Shown in pieces: positions 62,246 to 64,000 of a stretch of 64,000 nt of DNA (the stretch's first letter is position 1; every line of letters starts with the position of its first letter). This DNA comes from Phoronis australis (Eukaryota > Animalia > Phoronida). The DNA lies in the NCBI GenBank assembly GCA_002633005.1, contig NMRA01000191.1, forward strand, positions 612,466 through 676,465, in the 5' to 3' direction. The notes beneath the pieces were generated by a model that was given only the letters and a program-made list of their open reading frames with translations, searched no databases and was not told the DNA's origin. The position numbers and the translations under genes were made by a program.

Positions 62246-64000
62246 TTTATTGTCACAGTTTTGCAATATTCGACACTCGCTTTCATTTGCTGCAACAATT
62301 TGTTTACCCCAAGCCAAAGATTTCCCAAGCTGACACTTCACATGGAACAACTCCTGGGCGTGTCTTAGTTTGGAGCCCCTTGTTTCCAATGTTTCGTCTA
62401 AAAGTAGACGTCTATTTCAAAACTCTGGTAGGGTGCACCGCTATGCCGTGGGCGATAAGGTTTTCATGTTCTTATAATGCTGAACTTGTTTCCTAAAATA
62501 AAATCATTTGTGAAAATATTTTTCAACTAATAAAGTACGCTTGATGTCATTGATGGCGATTTTATGGTAATATGCTATGCTATTGTTTAGTTTTTAATAC
62601 GAAAACGATAACACAGCAATGACGTAAAATATGGTTGAACATTTTACTGCATTACACTTGTTTTGTAACCCTTCTCACGTTTTATAAGTAAAAAGTTCAC
62701 TATTATTCGACACACCACAATGCGTTCCCGCTTCTTTCAAAACTACGGAAATCAAGCGTTGCGTTGAATTTTCATACGTCATTTCTTAATAACTTCATGA
62801 TTAATTGATTTGCCAAAATACAAACCACATTCGGCTCATGCGATGCTTCGCGTTACATAACGTTTCTCCAATAATTGGAAAAGACACTGGCCTAAACCTC
62901 TACCTGTCCTACCTCAGTGTCCTTGATGGGGAGGAGGAATGTCAGGAAATTTTCAAAAAAATGACCGACAGTCTGCCAAAGCATCCGGACAGTTGGCAAG
63001 TACGCTGTCAGCAACACAAAGCATTGGACTGCATTCTTTGACAAGGTAATTTTTAAATTACATATCCCGTATACATTAGATAAATACTCCTGATAACATT
63101 ACTGCTCACACATCCAATTAACATTATACCTGGGACACAGGTAAACATATTGCACAAATGAATTGTTATAGAAACAAGTGGGTAATAATATAGACATGCA
63201 TGTACTAAAACACACACGTACCTACGCCAAAACACACGTACGTCGAGTAGTTTTTCGAAAGTTACGTAAACACACCTGTTGGTAGGGTCAAAACAGTAGG
63301 GTACTGCATTTCACATTATTGCAGAACAAACACCCAGAAGTCAAAGGTCACTTCTTCTGACCGTATTTTAGCATCCAAAATATCTTGATGAAAAACATAC
63401 GGAGTTTGTTAGGTGGCCGAAAGTATATCTAAGATCAGATCAAACGATATTCCCGCCATCCAGTCAGGGTCACGGGTCGTATCGGTGCACATAAAGAATT
63501 ACCAGTGTAACTGATGGGTTGTCTGGAACTATAGCACAAAAATCTCACTAGATGATTCCATTCTGATCAAAAATGACAAAATGAAAATGAAAATGAAACA
63601 ATGAAATTAAGTTTGATTTGATAACTAAATCAAATCTCAGTGGAGAAGACAACAGGAAATTCTCTTAAAGTACGTGCAAACTTTCGCGGCTGGTCCCGTG
63701 GAATCTAGTTTGCATGACGCACCGGAGCTGGCATTCCAGTCCTAGAGTTCTATGCTCACATTATTCTCCTTGTTCTATATCCTGTTAACACGATTTTCGA
63801 TAACTTCTTTTTACAAACTAGGCCCTGGGAGACCAGCAGACGCGCGCAATAGATTGTCGCGAATAAACATGTCTTACGTAAGAGTAACTTAAGCTTAACC
63901 AACCGAATAGGTTATCATGAATAAACATGTCTTACATAAGTGTGACTGAATGCAGCAGTCTGTTGAGCGAACGTTTTTAAAGTACGTGTACGGAAGTCTA

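Noticed and set aside
62805-63045. Coding-like stretch ending at an AAG|GTAAT donor
   Set aside because: No recognisable domain or consistent frame and acceptor.

Overview
Repeat-rich, roughly 40% GC eukaryotic (invertebrate metazoan, probably lophotrochozoan) draft sequence with three N gaps. It holds two host genes: a spliced MFSD4/sodium-glucose-transporter-1-like MFS transporter (+, 18539-23188, apparent frameshift in exon 2) and an innexin with an intronless CDS (-, 40766-41884). Most of the rest is transposon-derived. The standout is a ~5.5 kb hAT-family element (2117-7645) whose decayed transposase appears fused N-terminally to a vertnin/OTU-like cysteine protease domain; it has an imperfect 5-bp TSD like several CA..TG MITEs in the window. 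Also present: two copies of a spliced THAP-domain element (one interrupted by a 667-bp foldback MITE with an 8-bp TSD), two Academ-like XPG-nuclease relics, TTAA-targeting Kolobok-like elements, a three-level nested insertion with an empty-site twin in a nearby duplication, DINE/HINE-like elements carrying arrays of CTCF-like motifs around the MFS gene, Penelope-like and LINE fragments, and tRNA-derived SINEs. All family assignments come from reading motifs by eye, not from database searches.
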